NCBI RefSeq assembly: GCF_009914755.1
Contig: NC_060947.1
Length of the DNA: 64,000 bases
Reading direction: 5' to 3' (one strand)
Source of the DNA: the human T2T-CHM13v2.0 reference genome, Homo sapiens
How positions within the stretch are numbered: position 1 is the stretch's first letter; each line of letters starts with the position of its first letter. The notes under the pieces were generated by a model. That model did not search any database, was not told the origin of the DNA, and saw only the letters and a program-made list of their open reading frames with translations. A program made the position numbers and the translations under genes. Below, one piece after another: positions 12,608 to 28,322 of this stretch.

Positions 12608-15600
12608 GTTTTAATTAAAAAGAAAAAACATAGCTGGTTTAGAATTGGCCATAGCAAAGTATTCTCTTTAGGCTAATACTGATGATAAGGTATTTTGATT
12701 CTTCAAAAAGCAAAGCTATAGCTCTGAAATAGCACCCAATAATGGGTTTTATGATATGGAGCAGATGCCAATAAACTGTGCAGTGTTTGTCAATAGCACC
12801 ACTGATAGGAATGTAAAGTGTCAGAGGAAATAAATGCTGTCCTTAAGCAATGGAATTAATTTATGCAGTTCCCATTTCACATTTTGAAATGTATTACATC
12901 TTCAATCTGCTTTCTTTCTTGCTAGTGAATTGCCAAAATAGCACATAGTTCTGCAAATCCTTTGTAAATTCACAAAACAGGAATAAACATGACATTTATG
13001 AATAAGGGTATTCTGTAAAATTTGCTAGAGGGATTTATTAATACTGCTTTAAAAATATAGTTCCCTGGTTGATAAAAATCTGCTGCTTAGGTGAAGAAAT
13101 CACACAATTCATTCTCTTAAGTCTTTTGCCAAGACTATTAACTTTTCTTTTTAAAATACAGAAAACAAACTCAAGCCAATTATTACTCTTTGAGGAGACA
13201 AAGTCAATAAAATATCCTGTCTCATTCCATCTGAAGACTTTGTAATTTTTAAATTTTATAATTGCAATCTCTTTACTGTGGCCATTGGACTAAGGGTCAC
13301 TTAATGCCATTCTATACAGTTCTGTCTTCCTTGGATGACAGCTTATATTCTAGACCTTTCCTCCTACCATAGCCTCATCAGATTATTTACAATGAACCCT
13401 GCTCTTTGAAGCTAGTTAATTTGTTAAAAAGCAAAAACAAAATAGAAACCCAATTCAAAAACAGCACTATTGATTGCTGCTGGGTTACTGTGGATACTGG
13501 AACAGATAATGTCCGCATTTTCAAAGGATTTTCTTGAGACACATTCATGGAGACACATGTGGCCCTGGTAAAGAACAAGTTGTGAGTCTACTTTTGAGGA
13601 TTTTACATATCCAGGTATAGTGTTAACTCAAAGATTTGAGGACAGTGAGATCCTCTTGGGACTACTGTAAACACATTAAACTATGTATGGCCCTATGTTC
13701 CTATCTACTTATTTTTAAGTAGTCTCAGGTAAAATATGATTTTTGAGGATATGATTTAAAAATGCTTTCCAATTTGTTTTCTAAATTTTTTTTCTGTTTT
13801 TATGATTCAGACTGAGTTCTGAGACATATAGAAATATTAGCAAATGTCTACACATTAAACTTCTGAGATTTTTTAATACTCTATGTTTATGAAGCCAGGG
13901 TTTTTATGTTTTGTCCTCAAATAGAGAATGCATTGCTGCTATTTCACTATAGGTAAGTTGGATCTAAAAGGGTAACTACTAATATTTTTACATTTCTACT
14001 GATCTGCTGGCATATTATAATTTTCCAGCTTCATTGGAAGAGATAAAATAGCCATAATTCTTTGGAAGATAAATGGAGAAATAGAGTATTGCTAAAGAGG
14101 CTCAAATCAGTCTTCAGCTTTCTAGTCATAAATCAGTTCAATTGCAGAGAAAAATCCCCCTAAAATGAAGAGGAGAATGATTTAGTTTATATCAGTATTT
14201 TAATTTTCTTCAACTGAACAAGTTATGTCATCTGTATTTTTTAAAACCTCTTCATTGTATGTGATCATTTCACGCATGAAGTCACTCTATCTGAAAATGT
14301 TATAGCTGGTCTAGTGTCTAGCATTGAATCTTAAAGTAACAAAATACTTGAGTGAAATTTCTTCATCTTCCCCCAAAAAAGTTAATGCTTTTCCTCTTTT
14401 TGTATACCATAGTCATTTCTGTGATACAAAAGAAGAAAATATAGAGTTTCAAGAACATTTAGGGCTAAAAAATTATATGTTTAAAATAAAGATAAATATA
14501 TGTTTTTATTAAAATGATGTCTGCTAGAGTTTATCTCAGGTTAGCAAATCTGTTTGACATTCATTTTTATTTCAGTAGATCAGGTTTGCTTAGCACTCAA
14601 ATACACTACTAATTAATTCACAACAAGGAAGTAATTAATCTTTCCCTGGCAAGGCACTTTGATTGATCTTCTACCAGTAATCTAATAAATTGGTATAAAA
14701 AGTGGGAGACCAATTTGATTGACTAGAATGAATTTCTACTCAGAGAAATGCCAGATTTTCTCCTGATCTGCTAAGAGTATTGACATGAATAACACTAGGG
14801 TAATTACTAGTAAGTGTTTGAACATCTCATTATTTGAATATCTAATTCTAAAGGTAGACTACTGGTAAAATTAAAAAATCAAAACCAAAAACTGTGAAAC
14901 TTTAAAAGAATAAGCTAGTAATGGGTCATTAAAACTCAGCCTTTCATAATTAAAAACATTAGGAGTCAGTTGTCTAAAAGCAAAATAAAGCCATGGAAAT
15001 ATTTTTCCCTGGAAAATATTGATATACTAGTACCTTGGGGAAAGCAGTGATCTAATTATTTATCTAAAAAATTCAAGGAGAAAATATGATTCAATTATAG
15101 AAAAAAGGAGTAGTATTGGTTAGTATATTTAAGAGAAGAGTAACACTTCTGATGTGGCAGAAAATCATCTGAGTCCACAGTTCAGCTAATGTTACCCGTA
15201 TAACTGTTAATTAAGTGTTTTTGTTTGCTGCTATATGCCCAGGAAAATTTGACTCCATGGGCTTTCTAATATTTCTTTAAAATGCATTTTTGACGAAAGT
15301 CACATATCAATTCATGTATTACAATAAAAAGAAAAGTGAATGCATCATTTTGTTAATATTTTTACATGAAACAAATGGGAAATATATTCCACTTAACAAA
15401 AAGAAATTATGCTCCCTTTAAAGGTTAATTACGTAGCAAGGCCAATTCTGACTCTGTAGGCTATGTATTTGTAAGATTATTTCTTAAAACTGTGCTCAGT
15501 AGCCTATATAATAGTGTCAGTCCATGGTAGAGAGGGGGGAGTAAAATAATTTAAATCAGCTCAGCAAGCTTAATGTCATGTGTTTTGAAAAATGAATCAA

Positions 15601-17654
15601 TCAATATTTCTAAGGAGTGATGTTATCATTATCAATGATATCAGTTATGGTCTATTTCAAGAAAGAGGTTGAACTCCATGGCCCCGGGTTCTGGAAATAT
15701 AGGACATATGCCTGCTCTATTTCATTGCCTTGCCAACAGAAAACAATATATAGCTTTATGCTGCTACTGAAAATTTAAAAATTTCCTTAATATTTATTAA
15801 TATTTTTAAGGTAACAATAATATCAAAGTCACTTTTATTCTTTTTCAAATGAAATATCATTGTAATAATTGATACTGTCTATGATTATTACCAGTTTATT
15901 TTAGTCCCTGATGTGTTATGTAAATAGTGTTAGAAAAGTATCTATATATAAATAGGTTATAAAGAATGGTTCCACCCAAGAGTTCAGCCATCTGCCATTG
16001 TTTTAGAGAGAATAAGGTATACTTGGTAGTGACAGTAGTTTTTATAATAAATGTGCTTAGGCAGGTATAAACAGTGATCTGATAGCAGATGCTCTGTGAC
16101 GTATATTAATTTTACCATTTAAACTGACGTGCTTTTCAAAAGTAAATCTTTCTCTATTGAAGCTTCTGAAAGTTTATAAATACATTATAATAAGAAAAAT
16201 GGGTAAAACACGTCTTACGATACCATCCTATCATATTCAACTTCCCTATATAAGAGATGCAATCTCAATGTAGACCAATTGAAAAATGACTGCTAATTTG
16301 GAGTATATAGGCTTTGTGAAGGCAACAAAAGCTTTATGCTAGAGATAATCTTTAAAAAATTATAGAGGTCATGAATTAAAATGAGAAGTGTATCTTTAAA
16401 GTTGGAGACTTGAAGACATTTACAGGATTTTATTTGGGTGACAGTCTCTAAGACGAGTGTATCTTTAATATCTTAAATATAATATGGATTAGATAGAGGT
16501 TGATCACTCAAAAGCAGGCCACTATAAGTAAAGCAATCTCTTATCTTGTCTTTTCTGTTTGAAAGTGACAAGCACTAGGAGACTGGCACAAGCTGCCAAT
16601 TGAAAGCCAATGCCATAGGTCTGGAATGTCAATAAGCTTGAATAATCACCTAAAGTGGCAGAGAATAGGTGGCCTTCTCTTCACAATAAACCTTCTCTTG
16701 CTTCTAAATTTTATTAAGCTTCCTACACCAAATAATAAAGGTCATTTAACATTTGTGTTTCTATAATTTATGAGCCATGAGGCGATTCATTTTATGACAA
16801 CATTCTTTCTTCTGCTTTTTAAAAAATCTTACTTCTCACTTTCCTTTGCCTATAAGACAGACTATTTGCCATTTGTTATTTTTTGAAGTTCTTTGAAAGT
16901 CAGTATAATCAGTCATTCAAGATGTAGCATTTGGGTGACTTGGAATATTTAGTAGTGTTAGCCACACATCAACTTCTTATTTTAAAATGATTTATAAATT
17001 TTAATGAGTGAGGAGTATTATAGCAACATATTTTTAATCCCCATGACACTTTTAAAATTGTACAATAACTTGCAACTCTCATGATTGCTTTCATCAACAG
17101 AACATTCAACAACTGGTGAATATATCAAGGAATTCATTAAAAAATGAATAACTATAGACCATCTGTCTTACCATGATTTCTGTGATTTTTTAGTTTACAT
17201 TTTATTGAATATTGAAGATGCTCAATAGAGAATAGAATAGAGATAACAGTGTTCGCTTAGCCAATTTTTTCTCTCTCTTAATCAATAATCTTAGAAATTG
17301 TTTTCCCAGTTCCACTAGGTACATGGTCTTTATCTGGCACTTCTTTTTTTAATCAATCTTATATTGGAAATGTTTGTATGTTATCTAAACAAACTTTTTC
17401 TGAATAGTGTATATGAAATAAGCCATTAAAAGTTTATTTTTTTCTTAGAAAATTCTTCTCTTGCAATTTGTATAGACCTGAAAGGCTGGTAATTTTAAAT
17501 ATTATTTTGGGGTATCTAATTATATGATAAAAATATTTGAACATTGAATACGAATTTTTATTGCGGTAATTCTTTGTGTAATCACTATTCATGAAACCTT
17601 TTCAGCACAGACCATTGTAGATAATTTGTTTTAGGCAATCATCTTACGTATTAC

Positions 17655-17930
17655 AGAACTCTAGTCCGTTTACTACAATTAACTAGCTCTGTGAACTTGG
17701 ATAGGTCTTTTAACCTCACTGTCTCTTTTTCTTAATTTATATAATGAAGGGATTATACGAATCTCTAGTGCCCCTTCTAGGGTCATAATTTTGTAACTAT
17801 TAAAATCCCAGAATTTACATGTGCAGGTGTTGCCTTTTACATTGTCTTTAAATTCTAGAGCTCTAAGGGACCTTGGGTGCTATTTAGTCCAGCTCCCTCA
17901 TTATGCAAATGAGATAACTGAGATTTGGCC
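17655..17930. mobile_element. Two MIR fragments in opposite orientation (~17655-17795 plus, ~17850-17930 minus)
   Basis: actagctctgtgaacttggataggtcttttaacctcactgtctc and agggaccttggg...tagtccagctccctcattatgcaaatgagataactgag are MIR core-like. Confidence 0.6.
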
Positions 17931-18755
17931 CTTTTAAGCAACAACTTAATGTTCTAAATTAAGTTTTGATGTGTATCGTTTATCGTGTTCTAAAATAAGA
18001 GTCACTAATGTTGGTAAGCAGCTACTTTTGAAATTTAAATGAAACAACTCATGAGAGAAAAGTAGTATAAAATTTAGCATTATCATCACTCAAGGGGACT
18101 GTTACAATATATCCAAATGGAGAACTTTTTTATATGTGATGAGGCCCTTTTTTTTTTTAAAAAAGGTTCCCATTTTAAAAATGCCCTGGAAGAGCATTTG
18201 GAGCAATACAGACTGCCGATTTCTAAAATTACTGTTTGTGCTAACCAGTGAAAGTACTGCAGAAAAAACTGTAAACATGCTGAATGATAATGATCTCTAT
18301 GTCAGGAAAACTAGCCACTTTTCACTATGCTTATCTAATGTAGTTAAATTGTGTGTACGTGTGTGTATGATTACTTCCAGAACAACTTGGAATTAAAAAA
18401 TGAATTTTAGAAGGTAGATTTCCTTTGAATATGATGAAAAGTGCATAAACAGAATCTCCAGGAGGAGAAACGCAGAATATGTGAATATATCTTTTATGCA
18501 TTCTGCTGTAAACTCAGCTCTTCCTCTATATGAAATTCCTGTGTAACTCTATGCTACTTCTACTTTCCAGAAGAATGAAGTCTCAGTTAACAAGGAATTG
18601 ATATTCATAGACTCAATCGACTGAGTTAATAGTGTGCCATATAGTCAAAATGTTTTGGGTAAACCCTATTATAATAGTCCTTTTTGGATAATGATTAGAA
18701 CTTGAGATGAAAGCAGGATAACTTTTATAGTTATATAAATGTCCTATAAAAGTTA

Positions 18756-19192
<437 letters not shown>

Positions 19193-19672
19193 AGTTATAT
19201 GAAGTTTGTCTTACATATAAAGTCTGTTAGCTTTTATTTATACTAATAGATGACATCATAGAAATTGATGCTCTGGATTAAGAAAGTCATGCAAAAATAA
19301 AAATATTTTGAGAAGAATACTTGATCATCTTGAAAATAGCATTAGTTTTATAGGACAATATTATTGAAGCATGTAAAAAAAACAGTGAGTTTTAATTAAC
19401 TTTTAGAAGATTCTACTCCTACTCCTTGGCTTATCAATAGTGCATTGCAAGGTTCACTTGGCTCACTATAATTTTTATTTTAATGATGTTGTTTTCCAGG
19501 GCTGAGTTTAGACTGTGATTTCCTTAGATTTATGCATGTAACTTAATCTAAAACTGAACCTGACAATTTTTTCTAACTGATTGTTCCATTTAACTGTATT
19601 CTGTCTCTTTGGAAAATGTGTGTCCTCATATTGCAGAAATGCCTCTTAAATTTGATTTGAAGAAGGAGTCAA

Positions 19673-19755
19673 TTTTTTTTTTTTGGGTGGGGGGACGGAA
19701 TCTCACTGTCACCCAGGCTGTAGTGCAGTGGCGTGATCTCAGCTCACTGCAACCT
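19673..19755 (-). mobile_element. Severely 5'-truncated Alu (3' ~70 nt plus tail)
   Basis: Poly(T) then gacggaatctcactgtcacccaggctgtagtgcagtggcgtgatctcagctcactgcaacct; TSD aggagtcaa at 19664-19672 and 19759-19767. Confidence 0.88.
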
Positions 19756-20889
19756 GGGAGGAGTCAACTTTACAGAGGTACATACATGTCTTCTACATTC
19801 TTTTAAAGAATGTAGCTAATTAATCTGATTTTTAAAGACTAAGTTAAGTATTAACAAGGAATTCAGGGATCTTTGCCTCATTCAGACTGTAGTTACAAGG
19901 ACAGAGTACTCATTAGAGATATTTTTGATATATGAATGCACCAAAGGCATTCTCAGTTGTTGGATAAATCATGTATTTGATTCAGCTGTTTGTGTTTGTT
20001 TTCTTCGTTCAGATAATCTTCTATAAAAGCTACTTTTACTAGTTTAAATCCATTGCAAACTTTGCAGTAATAATGTTTTCTAATTTCTCTTCCCCCAGTT
20101 GATTATGAATTGTACTGGACAGAAGAACAGGATACATTGAAAAATTTCACACAAATATGTTTTTATTCAAGTAGAAAACTGGAGTTTTAGGATTTGACCC
20201 AAATTAAATCCAAATATTGAAATTTCAATTCAAAGTGCCATAGTATTGAACTATTAAGTCTTCCCTTCTGAAATAACTAGCCATTACATTTTTGCAAAAC
20301 AGCTTAACTTCTGAAATATAATATCTGAAATCCAAATATCATGGCGAAAGATCTTAAACAAACTGAGCCCAATTCAATACCCATGTAACTTTGGCAAATA
20401 TCCCCTCAGGGTTTCAAAGGATATGAACTGTGGCTAAGTAAAAAAACCTTTCATCTAGAAAGATCCCATAATGCCCAACAGTCTGAAGTGAATCTGTCTA
20501 TGTGTTAGTACTCAATACAGGGTAAAAACATACTGCTTTCAGGGCAGAGAATTGGAATTTCACTGCATAAGGGAAATTTATCATACGCTTGAAACTGAAC
20601 TTTCAGAGCTGCTTTAGCAATACTATTTTTTGCAGAAAGAAAAAAAAAGTTGACCTTCAGAGACCTTGTTTTCAAAAGACCATGAATTTCTTTGTCTGCT
20701 CCCAGAAAGATTTTTTTTTGAAATCAGAGAATTTTAATACCCATAAGATTTTTAAAATACATTAAAATGTAAGAGATGCAGATATGTTTAATTCTCTTAT
20801 ATTCTGTTTCTTTCTTAGTCTCTTATCTACAAAACACATTTTAGTGGTTATTAAAGTATATAAGACTAAATAACTCGTTATGAAGAGAA

Positions 20890-21060
20890 GCATTCTATTG
20901 GAGTGGGACCAGATTGCCTAGAATAGAATATCAAGTCTGCTCCTTCCTAGTAGTATGACATTTGACAAGACATTTAGGCTTCCTGTGCCTCAGCTTTGTG
21001 CATCCTTAAAATGAGAATAATAAAAGCAGTTGCTTTGTAGCATTGTTGTATTAAATGAAA
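20890..21060 (+). mobile_element. MIR
   Basis: tgtgcctcagctttgtgcatccttaaaatgagaataataa core and ttgttgtattaaatga. Confidence 0.7.
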
Positions 21061-21114
21061 GTGCATGTATTTGTCTGCATATATACATATATTTACAGCA
21101 TTTAAAAATATTTT

Positions 21115-21431
<317 letters not shown>

Positions 21432-21436
21432 TCACA

Positions 21437-21594
21437 CAGCACTTTTCAGTTTCAAATGCATACAGACCACCTAGAAATTTTGTTAAAATGCAAACTCAGC
21501 AGTTGGGTGTAGGGACCAGAGAGTTTTCATTTCTAACAAGTCCCCAGGGTATGTGAATGCTGTTGGTGTGGGGGCTACACTTTGGGTAGCAAAG
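21437..21594. mobile_element. MER5-family hAT relic
   Basis: cacctagaaattttgttaaaatgcaaactcagcag...catttctaacaagtccccagggtatgtgaatgctg...acactttgggtagcaaag. Confidence 0.7.
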
Positions 21595-21850
21595 TTCTAA
21601 CAAATGTGCTTAGCAGCTGACCCAGGTAAAGATGAAGGAGAGCAGAGCAGCAATTGGCCATGATAAATTGAGGCATTAAAATAACTCATGACAATCTGTC
21701 CTAAAGCCTCAAACACATTGTATTATATTTTAAGATACATAAAATTTTACCATACTGGAGTTTGTATTATAGGGACTTTGAGATAAGTCTCATAGTAAAG
21801 TGCAGAAAAGCATTATAGAAAGTTTCGAAGGTCAGTGCATATTTGCTTGA

Positions 21851-22254
<404 letters not shown>

Positions 22255-24340
22255 TTTTTCTGATAATTTTTATTTGAAAAACAATGCACTCCATTTATAC
22301 GTCACCCATGTCATCTAGGTGAATATAAATGCCGTTTTTATTTTAGGTGTTCAACTATAGACAAGCTCTTCATTTCTAGGAAACTGATCAGAAGAATAAC
22401 AGGGCAGATAGGGCATTAGCAAAGCAGAGTACCAGCTGCGCTGTCAACTAATCAAGTCAGCAAACATCTCTGCAGGTGAAGTCATTGTGATTCCTATTAA
22501 CTCAAGCAGATTAAGAATTCTTCTGGATCATTGCTAGTGTTGAAGTGTCAACTTTTGCAAACAATTATCAGACTGGGAAAGGTGAACAAAGGAAGCCAAG
22601 AAAGTCACAGGAAGTAGACAAAAAAGATGCAGATAAGTTTTCCATTGAATGTGGGGTGCTGGACTGTTTTATTTGACCACTTTTGCCTATATCCAGAAGA
22701 ATTTGTTTGTTGTGTATGCAATTGAGTCATAAAAAAGAAACGTCCTGTTGTTAAAGTTCTCATAGTTTTGGGAAACATATTTGCTTAGCTATTCAATGTG
22801 GATATATTCTATGATAGGAACTTTAATTAGGTAACTGCTGATTATGTGTAAGTTTTATTTCTTTTTTTTATCTCATTGCTTACTTATATATCCTAGTTTA
22901 ATTCCAAAGAGTGAAAAAATATTGACTGATTATTTGTTCTTGCATCTTTTTTAATTATCACCATTCATTTTCATTGCAATCTCCTTCTCCCAGTATGTTT
23001 TATGAGGCTTTGTGCCTTGAGTGTAATGGGCATAAAATGAAGGGAAGTCTATGTTTTTAGGATGCATGATGTTTTCTGAATATAGATGCTTAAGGAAATT
23101 GTAGGCAGGTGTGTTTTCATCTCTCACACTATGTGGCTTTTTCTATTCCATGGTAGGAATCAAAGATAGCCAAGTTAAGAACATTGTGGCTCATTGGAAT
23201 TAGAACTTCATGCAGTTTAAAACTGATTATTTTATTTGTTTCAAATTATTTTAGCATTCTCAAATTAACCATCCAAAGTTTCCCCAGAGATGAATAGTTT
23301 CACATCTTACAATAGCACCAGCAATAATAAATATATAGTCAAAATTTTCCTTTTTTCATATTTAAATGTACAGGCTACTTTTTGAGATGTTAGAAAAAGT
23401 AGATTGATAATGTGTCATTGCAAACTTATAATCAGGCTTATTGTCACATAGGCATAAGCACAAATAAACATTCCTCCTCAAGGTGTGGAGGAATATTGAA
23501 TATATTGAAGATGAAGCAAACTAACTCTCAACAGGAAGGAATAATAGTATACTTGGCATTTTTATAACTCCAAATCGTCACGGAAGTAAAACATTTTTAA
23601 TATTACATTTTTTTCTTGTGTAGACATGGCAGCACAATTTTGTTTTACTTCATCACAAGAGTGTTTCATTGCAAATTTTAAGAATATTTTTATAATTTTC
23701 TTTACAATGGCTGTATTACATGAGACCAAGCCATTTCATTGTAATATTTTAAGGTGATTTATTGCCAGTAACCACAAGGCAATATGCCACCTTTTATTAA
23801 AAAATTCCACAGGAAGCATAAGGACTATGTTTTTTAATCAATGCAATTTGTTTTAAAGGATTTTATCTTGAAGTTAGTAAAGAAACTTCTGTACATCTGG
23901 AATGCTGAATGTCCTATCAGACTTCAGCCTGTGCTGATTTATAACAAGTAATTATCTAATGAAGATAGTGTTAGGCAAACATGAGGGTTCTGGAAGCAAT
24001 AATTTGAAGTTTTGAAAAATTACTATGGATCAAATGATAACGCTTCATTTGTATTCTGCTTTTTTGTCCTTGAATCTACGTTTTTACTTTAAGCAAATGT
24101 AAAAATGGCTTTAAAGAGATATAATCATTTTTGTGAAAAAGTAAATGGCCTTAAGCTGGTTACATGAATTAATCCTTCATGTCCTTTACTCCTTTCTGCT
24201 TTTGAAGGAAAGATTAATTCCGTTATCAAATTAACACGTGCACAAATATTTGGTACTGTATATTCAGTGGAATGAATATGATTAGAAAAAAGGGGACCTG
24301 ATATACAGTCTAGGTTCTGTCAATAACTCTGTAACCTAGG

Positions 24341-25063
24341 TGACACAAACAAATGGAAAAGCATTCCAAGCTCATGGATAGGAAGAATCAGTATCATTAA
24401 AATGACCGTGTTACCCAAAGCAATTTACAGATTCAATTCTATTCCTATCAAACTACCGATTACATTCTTCACAGAACGAGAAAAAGGCTATTTTAAAATT
24501 CATATGGAACCAAAAGAGAGCCTGAATAGCCAAGGCAAATCTTAAAAAGAACAAAGCAGGAGGCGTCACACTGCTCTAATTCAAACTATAGTACAAGGAT
24601 CCAGTAACCAAAACAACATGGTACTGGTATAAAAACAGGCACATAGACCAGTGGAACCGAATAGAGAGCCTAGAAGTAAGGCCACACACATACAATCATC
24701 TGGTCCTTGACAAAGCTGAGAAAAAGAAGCAATGGGGAAAGAACTCCCTATTCAATAAATGGTGCTGGGATAACTGGCTATATGCAGAAGATTGAAGCTG
24801 GACCGCTTCCTTACACCGTATACAAAAATCAACACAAGATGGGTTAAAGATTTAAATGTAAAACCCCAAACTATAAAACCCTGGAATACAGCCTAAGCAT
24901 CCATTCTCGACATAGGAACTGGCAAAGATTTCAAGACCACAAAAGCAAGTGCAACAAAAGCAAACATTGACAAATGGGAATCTAATTTAATGAAAGAGCT
25001 TCTGCACAGCAAAATAACTATCAATAGAGTAAACAGACAACTTAAACAGCATCTATAAGGAAC
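24341..25063 (+). mobile_element. Internal L1 ORF2 fragment (older L1PA/L1PB), no 3' UTR or poly(A)
   Basis: gacacaaacaaatggaaaagcattccaagctcatggataggaagaatc ... ctattcaataaatggtgctgggataactggc ... agagcttctgcacagcaaaa. Confidence 0.9.
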
Positions 25064-27269
25064 AACTGCTAAATTTCACAATTGCTTCTTAGGCAAATAC
25101 AAGACAAGTAATTAACATTGTATTTTCAACTATGCATTTGTTCTTTTATACGTGTTTATAATTTCATATATTTGCCAAAAGTGTGTGCGTGTGTGTATAT
25201 ATATGTATATATACCAAAGATTCTAATTGAAGATGAATAGTGCATTTAAATTATGGAAATTTTACTACCTTGCCTCTTGAGATACTGATAATGGAGAACT
25301 TCCAGAACAAAAGAATACAACGAATAAATGATAAACCAAAAATCACTGATAAAATACAAGAAGCTCATCTTAAATTAGTCTTAATTATTAATTTTCACCT
25401 AGATCTTCACCTTTAAAGTTTTCAAAACTCCTATTTTGTTTCAAAACATCATGAGTTGTTTCATGTGTCATTACTGTGTGTTCTGAGTATCTGTTTATAC
25501 GTGTGTACTGGGATATGTGTCCGGGCATTTACGTTTTTTTTTGTTTTTTTTTTTTTTTTTTTTTTGTAGAATGTGAATCTGCAAGTCATTTTATGCATAT
25601 CTCCTGGGGGTTTAAAAATAAATCTCTTCTTTCTGCTAAGTCAAGTTGTAAATATCTCGTTTAGTCTGCTACTACAGTAACTCATGAAAAGAGAAAGATT
25701 GCTTTTCAATATTTTACCTCTGTCCTCATTTTATGTCAGTGACTGCTGATTATATGTAGTATTAGTGAAACAGAAATCAGCATGGAGCACTTAAGTTGCT
25801 TTTCAAATAAAGTTCTTCTTTCAGCGTTTAGTTTCCCAGAAGGCTTTTAATCAAGGTTATGGGAAAGTCCATAAACTTTCTGCTGAATATTTAACAAGCT
25901 GGAGGTCACTGCAAATGTGTTTTTTCAAGGGCAAGGGAAATGAGATTGCAATCAGGAAAATAGAAGACCTGATAATAAGCAAAGCTTTGTCTTCTGGATA
26001 AAATCTAACAAGAAAATCAAAGTGACTCACATTTTCAAGTTTCCTTGTAGGATTTAAAAATTTTCCTAGTTTGGATCATCATTTTCAAAATGGTAAATAG
26101 GACTGAGTAATTCATTTGAGTCCAATTACTATCTTATCTTTAAGAAGATGGTTGGAATGAGTTCTGCAAAATGGTGATAGCGGCAGAATATAAGAAGACG
26201 TCACTGAAGTTCCACTGTTTAATATTAAAAGCATAATTCTTTTGGATAAAAGAAATTTTATAAAATTTACAAATGTCATGTGATTACTATATATTTTGTA
26301 AATGACCTAGCCCACCCTCATCAAAGCAAAAACCTCACAAAACTATGTTTCCACTCTCACAGGAATCAAAAGTTATGAAAAGAGATAGGAACAGATTCAA
26401 AAATACTTACATATTGTATTTTCTTTTAACATGAAAGAAAATTGGAAGTTTCTTTCAATATTGTCTGTCTACTGAGAATGGTGACAAGGAGTAAAAATAG
26501 AAATGCATACTTTGGACTTTCAAAGAAATGTAAGGATATTTGGCAGCTTTAGTGTGGTAAGGGCAAGTTATGATCATGTGTATCATGCCTACTGTGTAAT
26601 AAAAGAATGAATACATTTTCATTCTATCCTCGTTTATATTCAAATAATCTATGTAGGGAAGTTAAGTCTTTCACTCGATCACATAGAAATGTAGAGTAAA
26701 AATTTCACTCTTATCTCCTCTGATTGCTAAATCAGAAAAATTTATACAAGACATTTATCCTTACTGTACCTTCAAGTTTTGATATATAGTAAGAATATCC
26801 TACTGTTTGTTATTTATCTTAAAGTTTTATGTGTGGATATAGAAACATTATTCTTTTCTGAAAAGAGAATTTTGACTTTTAAGGAAAAATTATATAGTAG
26901 GAGTTCAAATGGATTGCAACTTACCTCCTTCCTGCTTACATAATTTTGGAACTGTTCTAGCAGAGTTTAAGAAGAACTGTGAGGGGTAGGCAATAGGTTG
27001 GTCTTTGAGCTTAATCACTGAATTCCACTTCTCCAACCTGTGCATGAGTGAAATAAGCAGGTATTGGAGAAAGGACTTGGCTACATATTATGGAAGCCAA
27101 CTCTGGTCTCTGCCACTTGGTGCAAGTGAACATATAACTGAAGAATTTTAAGAGACAATAATGGTTTGTTGTGTCTGAGCAATTTTCAATGCATGCAAAT
27201 CATATTCTATATTTATTTTGTTATTGCCCCTAACACCTCCTACAAAGTAATATATATTGTAAGAATGGT

Positions 27270-27410
27270 TGGGGGTTGTGACTTGAGGAAGTACATATTC
27301 ATGCGCCATCAGGTTTCCTCCTCTGTGTAATGTACACAATAATACTGCCTACCTCTTTGGATTATTTTGAGGGCCAAATGACATAAGCAATACAATACCC
27401 TTAACACCAC
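27270..27410 (+). mobile_element. MIR fragment
   Basis: tgtgacttgaggaagt...tcaggtttcctcctctgtgtaatg...aataatactgcctacctc...gagggccaaatga. Confidence 0.65.
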
Positions 27411-28017
27411 ATTTCACACACCTTAAACAATTTACTGTTAATAATGGATACTTTTCTAATCATATTCAAGCCATGAACTCCCTCCCCATAATAATAAACA
27501 TTCATTCAAGGATTCACATAGCATTTCACAAAGTCTTTGATCACTTTGGAGATTCAGTTGTCTGACCTAAACAAGAAAGGCCATAGGTATTAGCCTATTA
27601 CGTTAGAGGAAACTTCATTGACCATTTTGTCTTCTCAGGCCAATCCACTCATGTTAATAAGTGATTTCTCTGGTTGTTTTTAGAAGAGAATTGTTTAACA
27701 AAGTTGAATGAGTTCATCAGTCATATAGACAAAGCTTTAGTTGTATTTTTTTTAAAAGTAGCTCTTCTTTTGTTTCCATTGCAAAGAAGATTATATTGGC
27801 ATTCAGAATAAAGAAGAAAATAAAATGAACCATAATCTCAGTACCAAGATAACATCAGTTATATTAAAAATAAAAGTATTAACATGTGTATACATGGTAA
27901 AACATTTAAACACCACTGTAAGATATGAAAGTAAAAGTTAGTGTCTCCCTCAGCACCTCTCTTCACTGCTCACAAACACCTCTTACAACAGATAATTTCT
28001 GTTAAAAGCTTTTTCTA

Positions 28018-28322
28018 GGCCGGGCGCAGTGGCTCACGCCTGTAATCCCAGCACTTTGGGAGGCCGAGGTGGGTGGATCACGAGGTCAGGAGATCGAGAC
28101 CATCCTGGCTAACACAGTGAAACCCCATCTCTACTAAAAAATACAAAAAATTAGCTGGGCGTGGTGGCGGGCGCCTGTAGTCCCAGCTACGCGGGAGGCT
28201 GAGGCAGGAGAATGGCGTGAACCCAGGAGGCGGAGCTTGCAGTGAGCCGAGATCTATCACGCCACTGCACTCCAGCCTGGGCAACAGAGTGAGACTCTGT
28301 CTCAAAAAAAAAAAAAAAAAAA
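28018..28322 (+). mobile_element. AluY, full length
   Basis: AluY diagnostics; TSD aaaagctttttct; 4-nt insertion at 28255-28258. Confidence 0.96.

Noticed and set aside
17903-17910. Octamer motif ATGCAAAT
   Set aside because: Single 8-mer inside a decayed MIR core; no supporting context
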